Below are positions 32,118 to 43,090 of a stretch of 64,000 bases of DNA, piece after piece. Numbering within the stretch: position 1 is the first letter of the stretch; the number at the start of each line of letters is the position of its first letter. The notes under the pieces are model-generated. The model saw only the letters and a list, made by a program, of their open reading frames with translations, was not told the origin of the DNA and did not search any database. The translations under genes and the position numbers were made by a program. The stretch comes from an uncultured Thermoleophilia bacterium (GTDB lineage Bacteria; Actinomycetota; Thermoleophilia; UBA2241): NCBI GenBank assembly GCA_963702475.1, contig CAVPCT010000006.1:313709-377708 (forward strand). The letters run 5' to 3'.

Positions 32118-32861
32118 TCAGCGGCTGAGCCAGCGCGCGACGACGAGCCCGCCGACTACGGCGAGCCCGTTGAGCGAGGCGTGGGTGATGACCGGCGCCA
32201 GGACGCTGCCCGAGCGCTTGCGCAGCCAGCAGAACACCATGCCGGCGGCGCCGGTGGCCACCACCGTGCCGGCCACTCCGGCCGCGCGCGCCGCCGTGGA
32301 CGAGAGCGTCTCGCCGGCGGCGTTGCTCGACACCGAGCCGATGGACGGCAGCACGTGCCACAGGCCGAAGACCAGGGAGCTCATGAGCGCCGCCCGCCAG
32401 AACGAGTGGCGGCGCCCGTAGAGCCCCAGCAGGCCGCCGCGGAAGATCAGCTCCTCCGAGAGCGCCGTCCCGAGCGGGATGCGCACGAGGAGCTGGTACA
32501 GCAGAGCGGCGGCGCTCATGCCGGCGAAGCGCGCCTCCACGAAGTACGGGCGCGTGACCGTCAGCGCGACGCCGGTCGCCACCACGGCCGCGATGGGGAT
32601 CGCGCTGATCAGGCCCCACCTCGCGCCGCTCCATAGCTTGGCGGCGGCGAGGCCGAGATCGTCCGCACTCGCGCCGGCACGGTGGACGAGCACGAGCACC
32701 ACGCCGGCCGCCGCCACATTCACCGGCACGTAGAGCGCCTCGGGGACGACCTCGACGATGAAGTAGCCGTAGGCGAGCACCGCAGCGCCGGCGCCTACCT
32801 CGGTGAGCGCGGCCCGCAGCCCTGTCGCCCGGGTCCCCGCGTGTCCCTCCTCCGGGCTCAC
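32118..32861 (-). CDS. CPBP (Abi/CAAX) intramembrane metalloprotease
   Basis: EELIFRG, FGLWH and HASLN motifs. Confidence 0.9.
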   Translation of the reverse strand: MSPEEGHAGTRATGLRAALTEVGAGAAVLAYGYFIVEVVPEALYVPVNVAAAGVVLVLVHRAGASADDLGLAAAKLWSGARWGLISAIPIAAVVATGVALTVTRPYFVEARFAGMSAAALLYQLLVRIPLGTALSEELIFRGGLLGLYGRRHSFWRAALMSSLVFGLWHVLPSIGSVSSNAAGETLSSTAARAAGVAGTVVATGAAGMVFCWLRKRSGSVLAPVITHASLNGLAVVGGLVVARWLSR

Positions 32862-32862
32862 G

Positions 32863-34521
32863 CTACTCGATCGCGTAGCCGTTCACCTCGGTCTGCAGCC
32901 TGTCGGCTTGCGCCTGGGTCCAGCCGGGCGGCGCCGCGATCTGCGACCAGGTCGCGACGCTCATGTTGCCGTAGTTGTGGCCGTAGCCCGGCGGCACCGT
33001 GGTCCCATAGAACTGATCCACCGTCACCTGCAAGAACGTGACCAGCGGGAACCACATGGTGCGCGGTGAGACGTCCGGCGCCCGCGGCTCGCTGAGCCAG
33101 TCCGGGCGCAGGAGCAGCAGGTTCGGGCTCCACCACACCACGGGGTCGGAGCCGTGCTGCAGGTACGCCACGCGGGGCGTGTCCCACGGCCCGTCCGGAT
33201 GCGAGAACGACGAGGAGCCGGAGACGAAGCGGATCGTGCCCCCGCCCCCGTACACGGGCTGCCACTCCGGGGTGCCGGCGTCGCGGGTGTCCTCGATGGT
33301 GCGCCACGGCTCGGTCATGTTCGGCGTGCCGGCGAAGTAGGCGCCGTCGGTGCGGGCGGCGATGTCGGCGGCGTCCGCGAACGCGGCCTGGCACGCGTAG
33401 GAACCCAGGCTGAGGCCGTAGGCGACGAGCAGCGGACGGTCCCCCTCGGGGAGCGTCGCCCACTCGGCGTACACGGCGTCGAAGAGCGCCTTCCCGGCGG
33501 CGGTGGCCTTGGTGCGGTCGACCAGCGTCGAGATCCAGCTCGGCAGGTCGGAGTACTGGATGGTCACCTCGGCCGTGTCGCCGCCCCACATGTACTCGGG
33601 TGGGTTGGCGGACTGTGGCTCGATCCAGCCGGTGCCGGTACAGCCCATCACGATGAGGAGGCCGCGGGAGAAGGCCCCGGTGCGTTCGAGCTCCTTCACG
33701 GCGAAGGCGGCGCGCTCGGCGGCGGTCGGCGCGCTGTCGAGGCCGACGTAGACACGGATGGGCTGCAGGGCCGGCTCGCCGGTGAAGTGCTCGATGTCCG
33801 CGGGGGACGGGCCGCGACCGACGAAGTTGCGGCCCTCGTAGCCGAGTGACTCCCAGGAGACCAGCGATCCCGGGCCGCCGGATCGCTCCGCGGAGGTCGG
33901 CTGCGTCACACCGGGACGCGTGCCCTCGTTCTTCTGACCGAAGACGACGCCGCTGTAGAAGTAGAAGAAGTCCACCAGGGTGGACACGATCATCAGGGCG
34001 ATCACAGCGGTGATGAAGCCGCCCAGGAAGACGCTGAGGCCGCGCGGCATCCGGCTGTGCCGGAACACGCGTCCGCTCGTCCGCCCGAGACGGCGCAGCC
34101 CCCGGCTCGCCAGGAGGAGGAGGAACGCCACCGCGAGGGCGACGGGCACCGAGCCGACCACGGTGACGACGCTCGTGGTGCCCATACTGAGCAACTCGCG
34201 CACCTGGTTCTGCCACGACGTGCCCGCGACGACGGCGACGGCGAACACGGCGACGGCCGCCGCCGCCACGACGACCCAGATGATGCGGCGCGTCCTGGGC
34301 GCGGGGCGCCACGAGGTGAGGCGCTTGCCGACCCAGGCGCCGAAAACGCCGACGCCGTAGCCCGCGGCCATCGCGATGCCGGTGATCACGCCCTGCATCA
34401 GGAACGGCCGCGGGAGCAGGGACGGGGTGTAGGAGAGCGCCAGCAGCACGATGGCGGCGCACGACCCGGCGATGCTCGGCGCCGCCAGGAGACGCAGCGT
34501 CGGCTGTGTGTCGTCTGTCAC
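32863..34521 (-). CDS. Membrane-associated alpha/beta hydrolase (Abhydrolase_9/DUF2319-type)
   Basis: TPSLLPR, PIRVYVGL, TGTGW, QYSDLPSW, GLSLG, DPVVWW and GHNY. Confidence 0.88.
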   Translation of the reverse strand: MTDDTQPTLRLLAAPSIAGSCAAIVLLALSYTPSLLPRPFLMQGVITGIAMAAGYGVGVFGAWVGKRLTSWRPAPRTRRIIWVVVAAAAVAVFAVAVVAGTSWQNQVRELLSMGTTSVVTVVGSVPVALAVAFLLLLASRGLRRLGRTSGRVFRHSRMPRGLSVFLGGFITAVIALMIVSTLVDFFYFYSGVVFGQKNEGTRPGVTQPTSAERSGGPGSLVSWESLGYEGRNFVGRGPSPADIEHFTGEPALQPIRVYVGLDSAPTAAERAAFAVKELERTGAFSRGLLIVMGCTGTGWIEPQSANPPEYMWGGDTAEVTIQYSDLPSWISTLVDRTKATAAGKALFDAVYAEWATLPEGDRPLLVAYGLSLGSYACQAAFADAADIAARTDGAYFAGTPNMTEPWRTIEDTRDAGTPEWQPVYGGGGTIRFVSGSSSFSHPDGPWDTPRVAYLQHGSDPVVWWSPNLLLLRPDWLSEPRAPDVSPRTMWFPLVTFLQVTVDQFYGTTVPPGYGHNYGNMSVATWSQIAAPPGWTQAQADRLQTEVNGYAIE

Positions 34522-34627
34522 GTCGTCATCTCTCCCACGAGATGCCGGGATGTCTGCCCGCGGCGCTCAGGATGCTATAGGCTGCAGGCGTCAAAGTCTT
34601 TCCGGCGACCGGCGTGAGGGGGGAGCG

Positions 34628-35248
34628 ATGACTGAGCCGAAAGAGGTCGCGGGCGCGGCGGAGGAGATCTTCCCGGGCCTGTACCACTGGCGCATCCGCA
34701 ACGGCAACATCGGCGGCGGCACCTCCAGCTCGCACGCCGTCATGGACGAGGAAGAGTGCGCCTTCATCGACCCTGTGAGGCTGGCGCCGGAGGCGCTGGC
34801 GGCACTCAGGCCTCCCAGCGTCATCCTGCTGACCGCGCGCTGTCACCAGCGCGCGGCGTGGCGGTACCGCCGCGAGTTCGACGCCGATGTCTGGCTGCCC
34901 CTCGACGCGTCGACGGCAGACGAGGAGCCCGACTGCACGTACGCAGACGGCGACGAGCTGCCGTGTGGCCTCGTCGCGGTCCGCACACCCGGGCCGGAGC
35001 TGCCGCACTACTCGTTCCTCTGGGACTGCGGCCCGGGCGTGGTCTTCTGCTCCGACCTCATCCTGCGCGACGACGCCGGCGCACTGCACTTCGTGCCTCC
35101 GCAGTACCACGAGGACCCGGCGGAGACGCGGCGCAGCGTGGAGAAGCTGCTCGACCTGCCGTTCGGGATCCTGTGCCTGGACCACGGGGCGCCCATCACG
35201 GACGATCCGAAGGCCGCGCTGCGCGGCCTTCTCGCGGACACCGCCTGA
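34628..35248 (+). CDS. Metallo-beta-lactamase-fold protein
   Basis: FIDP, ILLT..HQR, TPG, SD and DHG; GAGGGGG SD. Confidence 0.75.
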   Translation: MTEPKEVAGAAEEIFPGLYHWRIRNGNIGGGTSSSHAVMDEEECAFIDPVRLAPEALAALRPPSVILLTARCHQRAAWRYRREFDADVWLPLDASTADEEPDCTYADGDELPCGLVAVRTPGPELPHYSFLWDCGPGVVFCSDLILRDDAGALHFVPPQYHEDPAETRRSVEKLLDLPFGILCLDHGAPITDDPKAALRGLLADTA

Positions 35249-35519
35249 CGGCTCCGGTCCCGTGCGCCCGGGTCCGGCGGGCGTAGGCCGGTCGAGACGC
35301 ATCGAGGGCGAGTGCCACCGTCCCCCGGGGAGCCGCGCGCCCTGTAGCCATCGGGTCAAACGGACGCTACTGTCCTCGTGCTCGTGGCCGATGCAGGGCC
35401 GAGGCCGCAGACCGATCGGTGGTGGCGCTTCGTGGGCGTGAGGGCCGGCGCCGTCGGTGGTGGAGCGAGGTGGAGGGCCTGCAGTGGCCGTGGGACTCGC
35501 AGCGAAGGACGGTCGATCC

Positions 35520-35660
35520 GTGACCCCCGCGGTGTCGCGGACGGCAGAGCAGTCTGCGCTCGCGGACAGCATGCTCGAGGGGTTCGCGCACTGCCGCATG
35601 CTGTACGACGAGAAGGGCCGCCGGGACTCCTTCTCCCGGCCACGCGACGCTGGATGTCCT
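35520..35660 (+). pseudogene. PAS-domain N-terminal remnant of a deleted sensor kinase
   Basis: SALADSMLEGFAHCRMLYDEKGR resembles a PAS start and breaks off just before a response regulator. Confidence 0.5.
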
Positions 35661-35662
35661 CC

Positions 35663-36304
35663 ATGAGCAGGTATCGCACGATCCGGGTGGTTGAGGACGA
35701 TGCGAACGACGCCGAGATGACGGTGCGGGCGCTGCAGGCCGACCACCTGCTCAACGAGATCGTGGTGGCTCGCGACGGCGTCGAGGTCCTGCAGTACCTG
35801 CGCCGCGAAGGTCGCTGGGACGGCCGCAGCGGTGGTCTTCCGGGGTTGCTCCTGCTGGACATCAAGATGCCGCGCATGGACGGACTGCAGGTGCTGCGGG
35901 AGATCCGCGCCGACCCGGTCCTCAAGGTGCTGCCCGTGGTGATGCTCGCCCCGTCGCAGCAGAGCCCCGACCTGAGGACGGCCAATGAGCTCGGCGCCAA
36001 CGCCTGTGTGGTCGAGCCGGTGGGGTTCGAGGACTTCTCCGCGGCTGTGCAGCGGATCGGGGACTTCTGGGCGATGGTGGACCACCCCCCGATGACGACG
36101 GGCGGGCGACGGTGGAAGACGTCGCATTCTTCGAGACGAGGTGAGGCGCGGCGCGGGCGGCCCTTCCGGCCGCCCGCGCCGCGCCTCACTCAGCCGTTCA
36201 GGCCGTCTGGGCGGCAGGCGCGTCGGCCGGCCGCCGCAGCGCGTACAGCGCGAGCGCGGCGATCGCGAGGCCGGCGGCGAAGCTGGCCGGCTGCATCCAG
36301 CTGA
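35663..36304 (+). CDS. Rcp1-like single-domain response regulator, degenerate
   Basis: VVEDD, LLLLDIKMPRMDG and ELGAN. The conserved T/S and K are replaced (LAPS, VVEP). The domain ends near 36090 and the tail overlaps the convergent gene. Confidence 0.7.
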   Translation: MSRYRTIRVVEDDANDAEMTVRALQADHLLNEIVVARDGVEVLQYLRREGRWDGRSGGLPGLLLLDIKMPRMDGLQVLREIRADPVLKVLPVVMLAPSQQSPDLRTANELGANACVVEPVGFEDFSAAVQRIGDFWAMVDHPPMTTGGRRWKTSHSSRRGEARRGRPFRPPAPRLTQPFRPSGRQARRPAAAARTARARRSRGRRRSWPAASS

Positions 36305-36602
36305 CCGACCCGATGATCGCCACCTGCGCCACGATCCAGGACATGAGGATCACGCCCATGCCCAGGGAGACGCACGGGGCGATGCGCCGCCGCAGCAACC
36401 AGGCCGCGGTGGCCAGGATCATGCCGCCGCCGATCACGCCGAGCAGGAAGAGGCTGGGGACCGTGTACGTGCTGAAGGGGCTCCCTTCGAGCCACTCGCT
36501 CGGCACGTCTTTCGCGCCGGCGAGGCCGTAGATCCCGCCGCCGACGGCGTTGGCCGCCACCAGCAGTTGCAGTGCTATGAGGGCTGTCTTCACGCGCTTC
36601 AT
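36198..36602 (-). CDS. Small four-TM membrane protein
   Basis: NAVGGG, WLEGSPF..PSLFL..GG and WIVAQ; AAGGAG SD. Confidence 0.75.
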   Translation of the reverse strand: MKRVKTALIALQLLVAANAVGGGIYGLAGAKDVPSEWLEGSPFSTYTVPSLFLLGVIGGGMILATAAWLLRRRIAPCVSLGMGVILMSWIVAQVAIIGSVSWMQPASFAAGLAIAALALYALRRPADAPAAQTA

Positions 36603-36661
36603 GGGTCTGCTCCTTCGCCGGGATGGTTTCTCGCGCTACGACGTGGTAGCGTAGTTCACAG

Positions 36662-36688
36662 TGTTGCGGTAACATCGTTACGGTAACA
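36662..36688. promoter_or_regulatory. Tandem palindromes (candidate TetR operators)
   Basis: TGTTGC-G-GTAACA (36662-36674) and GTTAC-G-GTAAC (36677-36687) lie in an AT-rich gap between divergent genes. Confidence 0.65.
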
Positions 36689-36732
36689 GTGTTATTGGAG
36701 TGATGTCAACACCTTTCTGAGCGGAGGACGCG

Positions 36733-37440
36733 ATGAGCCCGCGGAAGAAGGCAGGCGCCGAGGGGCCGGTGACGCCGGAGCGCGTGGTCGATGCGGCGCT
36801 GCGCGTGATCGACGAGGACGGGCTCGACGCCCTGACCATGCGCCGTCTGGCGCACGACCTGGGCGTCGAGCCCGTCACCGTGTACCGCCAGCTGCCGAAC
36901 AAGCAGGCGATCCTCGCCGCCGTCGGCGAGCGCCTGTGGCTGGAGGTCCGGCCGGTCGGCGTCGAGGAGGCCGGGGACGGCAGCGCCCGGCCGGAGCCCG
37001 GCGGGACGGCCGGGCACGATGCCGGCGCCGGCGACTGGCGCGTCCAGATCAGGAGCATGTGGCTGGGCCTGTACGCGGTGATGCGTGCACACCCGAACGC
37101 CATCCCGGTCATCGCCAAGGGCGGCACGTACTCGGCGTCGGCCGCCGTGGGTACGGCGGGGATGGTCGCGGTGCTCCGCGACGCCGGCCTCTCGCCGGAC
37201 CAGGCCGCGGAGCTGATGCACATCCTCAGCGCCTGCGTGGTGGGGTTCGGCTTCGCGCTGGTATGGGCGCGCGAGATCGCCTCCGGCGGGCGGCCCGAGC
37301 AGCCGGCGGGGGCGCCGGCGGCGCCCCCGCCGGAAGACCTGCTTTCGTACCTCGAGCGCATGGGCCGCTGGGAGCCGGCCGAGTTCGCCACGGCGCTCGA
37401 CGTCGTGCTCGCCGCCTACGGTGCCGCCGGTGAGGCCTGA
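36733..37440 (+). CDS. TetR-family regulator
   Basis: GLDALTMRRLAHDLGVEPVTVYRQLPNK HTH. Confidence 0.93.
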   Translation: MSPRKKAGAEGPVTPERVVDAALRVIDEDGLDALTMRRLAHDLGVEPVTVYRQLPNKQAILAAVGERLWLEVRPVGVEEAGDGSARPEPGGTAGHDAGAGDWRVQIRSMWLGLYAVMRAHPNAIPVIAKGGTYSASAAVGTAGMVAVLRDAGLSPDQAAELMHILSACVVGFGFALVWAREIASGGRPEQPAGAPAAPPPEDLLSYLERMGRWEPAEFATALDVVLAAYGAAGEA

Positions 37441-37574
37441 CGGGCTCCGGCCCGACCACCCTCCGGATTCGCACACACCTGTCGAGTCGGGAGGTGCCGG
37501 CGCCGCGTTGCCGCGGCGGCGCGGCGGCCGTAGCATCGCCGCAGGACACGTCCATCGTCGACGGGGAGGGCCGC

Positions 37575-38618
37575 ATGGGACTGATCAGGTTCGAGCGCAG
37601 CGAGGAGAGGGCCGTCTTCCACAGCCCGCTCGCCGGTATGGAGCTTGCGGAACAGGTCATCGAGGTCCGGCGCGATCCCCTCACCGGCATGACGGCCGTC
37701 GCCTCCGCGGAGCTGCGCACCAAGGAGGAGACCTTCTACGGCAAGACCGACTGGGCCTACGCCGACGCGCTGGCTGCCGCGACCCGGGAGGGCTGCTTCT
37801 TCTGCCCGGAGAAGGTGCTGCAGTCCACGCCCAGGTATCCTGACAACGTGCTGCCGGGCGGGCGCCTGGAGCGAGGCCGGGCCTTGGTCTTCCCGAACCT
37901 GTTCCCGTTGGCGGGCCTTCACGCGGTGGTGACGTTCCCCGAGAAGCACTTCCTGCGGCCGTCGCAGTTCACCCCCGACCTGCTCGAGGAGGGCGTCGGC
38001 GCGGCGGTCGAGTTCATGGGCCGCGCCGAGCTGGCGTACCCCGACCTGGAGCACCTCGAGCTGTGCTGCAACAACATGCTGCCGGCCGGTGCGAGCCTTG
38101 TGCACCCGCACTTCCAGGTGTTCGGAGGACCGGCCGTGCCGTGGCTCCTGCGCTACGTGTGGGAGCGCGCCGAGGCCTTCGTCGCCGAGCACGGCACGTC
38201 GTACTGGCGCGCCCTCGTGGACGAGGAGAGGGAGCTCGGCGAGCGGTTCGTTTTCGAGGACGCCGGCGTCGCCTGGCTGGCGTCGTTCGCGCCGACCGGC
38301 GGGCGCGAGTTCGTCGGTGTCGTGCCCGGCGTGCGGCGCGCGAGCGGGCTGGACGAGGCGCAGGTGGCGGCGCTCGCCGCCGGCCTGTCCAAGGTGCTCG
38401 CGCTGTACGAGGACGAAGGCCTCTCCGCGTTCAACTTCACGCTGGGCGGCGGGCCGCTCGCGGGCAGCGTCGACGTCCACGCCGTCACCTTGCGCGTGAT
38501 CGCACGCTCGGCGTTCAAGCCCGACTACCGCACCGACGACTACTTCCTGCAGAAGCAGCTCGGCGGCGAGCTCATCTTCATCCCGCCCGAGGAGCTCGCC
38601 GCGACGCTGCGCGGCTGA
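37575..38618 (+). CDS. GalT/HIT-family nucleotidyltransferase-like protein
   Basis: RRDPLTG, CFFC, PNLFP and GASLVHPHFQ (HxHxQ). Confidence 0.85.
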   Translation: MGLIRFERSEERAVFHSPLAGMELAEQVIEVRRDPLTGMTAVASAELRTKEETFYGKTDWAYADALAAATREGCFFCPEKVLQSTPRYPDNVLPGGRLERGRALVFPNLFPLAGLHAVVTFPEKHFLRPSQFTPDLLEEGVGAAVEFMGRAELAYPDLEHLELCCNNMLPAGASLVHPHFQVFGGPAVPWLLRYVWERAEAFVAEHGTSYWRALVDEERELGERFVFEDAGVAWLASFAPTGGREFVGVVPGVRRASGLDEAQVAALAAGLSKVLALYEDEGLSAFNFTLGGGPLAGSVDVHAVTLRVIARSAFKPDYRTDDYFLQKQLGGELIFIPPEELAATLRG

Positions 38619-38795
38619 GACCTGATGGCGAGCGCGCGCGGGCGGGCAGCAGACCCCCGCGGGGGGGTGCCCGCCCGCGCACCCTGCCGCAGCCACGGCT
38701 GCGCCCGGCGCGGCCTCACACCCGCGTCGGCGTTGCCGCACCCGGTCGCCGCCGTGGCACGGGGTTCGCCGCGGCGCCGGTGATAGTCTCGGCTC

Positions 38796-40073
38796 GTGGA
38801 ACCCGATCCTCAGCGTGTCCCCCGCGGCCGCCGAGACGTCTCCGTGTTCATCGCCGTCCTTGGGGGCGTGTGCATGCTCAGCGCGCTCGCGAGCGACCTG
38901 TTCCAGCCCGGCCTCCCGGCTGTGGCGGCGGACCTGCAGGCGAGCACCGGCGCCGTCCAGTTGACGGTCACGGCGATGCTGTTCGGTTCGGCCGTCGGCC
39001 AGCTCGCGGTGGGGCCCCTCAGCGACAGCGTCGGGCGTATGAAGCCACTGCTCGCGGGTCTGGCGCTGTTCGTCGTGGCGTCGCTGCTGTGCACGGTGGC
39101 GCCTTCGGTCGGCTTCCTCATCGCGATGCGCCTGCTACAGGGCATCGCCGCCGCCACGGGCATCGCCCTGGCCAACGCCATGGTGGCCGACCACTTCCGT
39201 GACACGGAAGCGGCGCGGGTCCTCTCCCGCCTGGTCATGGTGAGCCTGTTGCCGCCGATCCTCGCTCCGCTCGTCGGCGGCCAGCTCCTGCGCGTCGCGT
39301 CGTGGCGGTGGCTCTTCGTGGTCATGGCCGCCGTCGGCGTGGCTCTGCTGGTCGCCGCAGTGCTCGGGCTTCGGGAGAGTCTTCCCCCCGAGCGGCGCTC
39401 GCGGGAGGGCCTGCGCACGGTGATCGTGGGGATGGGCGGGCTCTGGCGCGACGCGGGTTTCACCGGTCTCACGGTCTCGGCGGCCTTGATGATAGGCGCG
39501 TTCTTCGCGTATCTGACGGCGGCCTCGTTCGTGATGCAGGACGAGTTCGGACTCTCGCCGGCGGCCTTCGGCGTGCTGTTCAGCGTCAACGCCTGCGGCA
39601 TGGCGGCTGCCACCTACCTGAACCACGTGCTGCTCGCGTGGTTCACGCCGCGTGCGCTGCTCACCGCCGGGGTCGCCGGGTGCGTCGCCGGCTCCGTCGG
39701 CGCGTTCGCCGTGACGGTCGCCGGCGGCCTCGGACTGATCGCCCTCGCCGTGCCGCTCTTCGTGCTCGTCTTCAGCATCGGGCTGGCGCTGCCCGACTTC
39801 ACGGCGCTCGTGCTGTCGCGGCATCCCGAAGCCGCCGGGGCAGCCGCCGCCGGCTACGGCACCGTGCGCCTCGGTCTCGCCTCACTCCTCACACCGCTCG
39901 CTGGGGCGGGTGGCGGCATCGCGGCTCTTCCGATGACGGCGACGATGGCCGCGGCGAGCCTGGGCTCCCTCGGCGTGCTCGCCGTCGTCTGGCGCCGCGT
40001 GGGGAGCGCCCGGCCGCTCCCCGGCGCGGCGCTCACGCCAGAGGAGGCCGCGGAGGACGTCGCCGTCGGCTGA
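38796..40073 (+). CDS. Bcr/CflA-family MFS efflux transporter
   Basis: DLFQPGLP, GPLSDSVGR, RLLQG and ESLPPERR. Confidence 0.92.
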   Translation: MEPDPQRVPRGRRDVSVFIAVLGGVCMLSALASDLFQPGLPAVAADLQASTGAVQLTVTAMLFGSAVGQLAVGPLSDSVGRMKPLLAGLALFVVASLLCTVAPSVGFLIAMRLLQGIAAATGIALANAMVADHFRDTEAARVLSRLVMVSLLPPILAPLVGGQLLRVASWRWLFVVMAAVGVALLVAAVLGLRESLPPERRSREGLRTVIVGMGGLWRDAGFTGLTVSAALMIGAFFAYLTAASFVMQDEFGLSPAAFGVLFSVNACGMAAATYLNHVLLAWFTPRALLTAGVAGCVAGSVGAFAVTVAGGLGLIALAVPLFVLVFSIGLALPDFTALVLSRHPEAAGAAAAGYGTVRLGLASLLTPLAGAGGGIAALPMTATMAAASLGSLGVLAVVWRRVGSARPLPGAALTPEEAAEDVAVG

Positions 40074-40186
40074 CCGTGAGGCCGCGCGTCTTGTGACCGC
40101 CGTTCGGGCCGGTCTCGGTTCCTTCTCCCGTATTTCAACGCGGTGCCGTTGGGGCACATTGAGGGTGTGTGAGGGAGGGAGGAGAG

Positions 40187-40336
40187 GTGAACGAGCACTT
40201 CCACTGTGAGGACTGCGGCCACGACTTCCCCAAGACGCGGTTTGAGCCTGATATCGAGGACGACGAGCCGTTGATGTGCCCGAACTGCGGCGGCATGGAC
40301 ATCGAGCTCGTCAAGGGCGAGATCGAGGCTGCCTGA
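40187..40336 (+). CDS. Small zinc-ribbon protein (49 aa; not in the ORF track)
   Basis: MNEHFHCEDCGHDFPKTRFEPDIEDDEPLMCPNCGGMDIELVKGEIEAA, with two CxxC motifs and a strong GGAGGGAGGAGAG SD. Confidence 0.8.
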   Translation: MNEHFHCEDCGHDFPKTRFEPDIEDDEPLMCPNCGGMDIELVKGEIEAA

Positions 40337-40400
40337 TCCTCCGAGGCGCCGGTCCGGGGGATCCGAGGCCGGCGCCCGCCGCCGGCGGGTGGAGGGCCCC

Positions 40401-40747
40401 ATGTCGAGCAGGCGCCGGCGCAGGATCCTCTGGGCCGGATGATGGTGTGCGCCCTCGTCGCCGCGTCGGTCGTCTTGGGCGCGTTCTCACGGCAGCTCGC
40501 GTCGGAGCCCATCCTGGGGCATCCCGCCGGGACGCTGTTCGTCGACGTCGACGACCTTGCGTGCCTCCGTCCTCTCACGCTGACCATCTCCCTGGATCCT
40601 GTCGGCAGCAGGAGCGAGGCGCGTCGCCTGCTGCAGTGGCGGGACGACAGTCACCTTCAGATCCCGCTCGCCGCGGGCGGGGAGGTCGTCCTGGACGTCG
40701 CTCACGCGCCGGGGGACTCTTGCCCGGCGAGCTCACGACCACGATGA
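40401..40747 (+). CDS. Hypothetical exported protein; apparent 1-nt frameshift near 40438
   Basis: GGAGG SD, then MSSRRRRRILWAG continuing as MMVCALVAASVVLG in another frame (signal-anchor-like). Confidence 0.45.
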
Positions 40748-40908
40748 CGGCTGCAGCGGCTGCAGCGGCCACCCTGGTGACCGTGCTTGCCGGCGGCACG
40801 GTGTCGCTGCTTGTACTGAACACCTGGCTGCTCCGTCGTGAGGAGGCGCACTGGGAGGACTGGCCGGTGGACTGGAGCGAGGGTCGCCGTCGTGCGGCGC
40901 AGGGGTAG
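40744..40908 (+). CDS. Small single-TM hypothetical protein
   Basis: ATGA overlap with the previous ORF; hydrophobic stretch followed by a Trp-rich tail. Confidence 0.35.
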   Translation: MTAAAAAAATLVTVLAGGTVSLLVLNTWLLRREEAHWEDWPVDWSEGRRRAAQG

Positions 40909-40937
40909 AGCGCTGCCCTGTGCTATCCTCGCTCCCC

Positions 40938-42632
<1,695 letters not shown>

Positions 42633-42787
42633 CGCGCCGGCGGCGATCGGAGGCTCGCTGCCTCCCGGCGCCCGCTCCCCGAGTCGCGGTCTCTCCTGGA
42701 CCGAAGCCTTGCGGCTCTCCAGGCCGACGTCTCACGGCTCCTCGCTTGAGGAGGCTGCGGACGCTTGCTAAACTACTGTGCCTGCGC

Positions 42788-42863
42788 TGGCGAGTGGCCT
42801 AATTGGCAAGGCACCTGACTCTGGATCAGGGGATTGGAGGTTCGAGTCCTCCCTCGCCAGCCA
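42788..42863 (+). tRNA. tRNA-Gln (anticodon CTG)
   Basis: Acceptor stem TGGCGAG/CTCGCCA, anticodon arm CCTGA-CTCTGGA-TCAGG, T-arm GGTTCGAGTCC and an encoded CCA. Confidence 0.96.
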
Positions 42864-43090
42864 TTCTCTTGCCTGCACCTCTCCCGGCCATCCGCCCTCC
42901 CGTCACGTCCGGCGACACAGGCTCGTCGTCCGGCGATGCAGCCGCGTCTGCGGGAAAGTCCGTGCTCACCGGGTATGCTTCGTCTCGTGGACGACGATCC
43001 GGGATCCGGAAGACCCTCCGGTCCGGCGCCTGCGGCGCAGCCCAGGAGCGCCGGGCCCATCCGCCGCCGACCGGTGCGGGGTGAGCGCTC

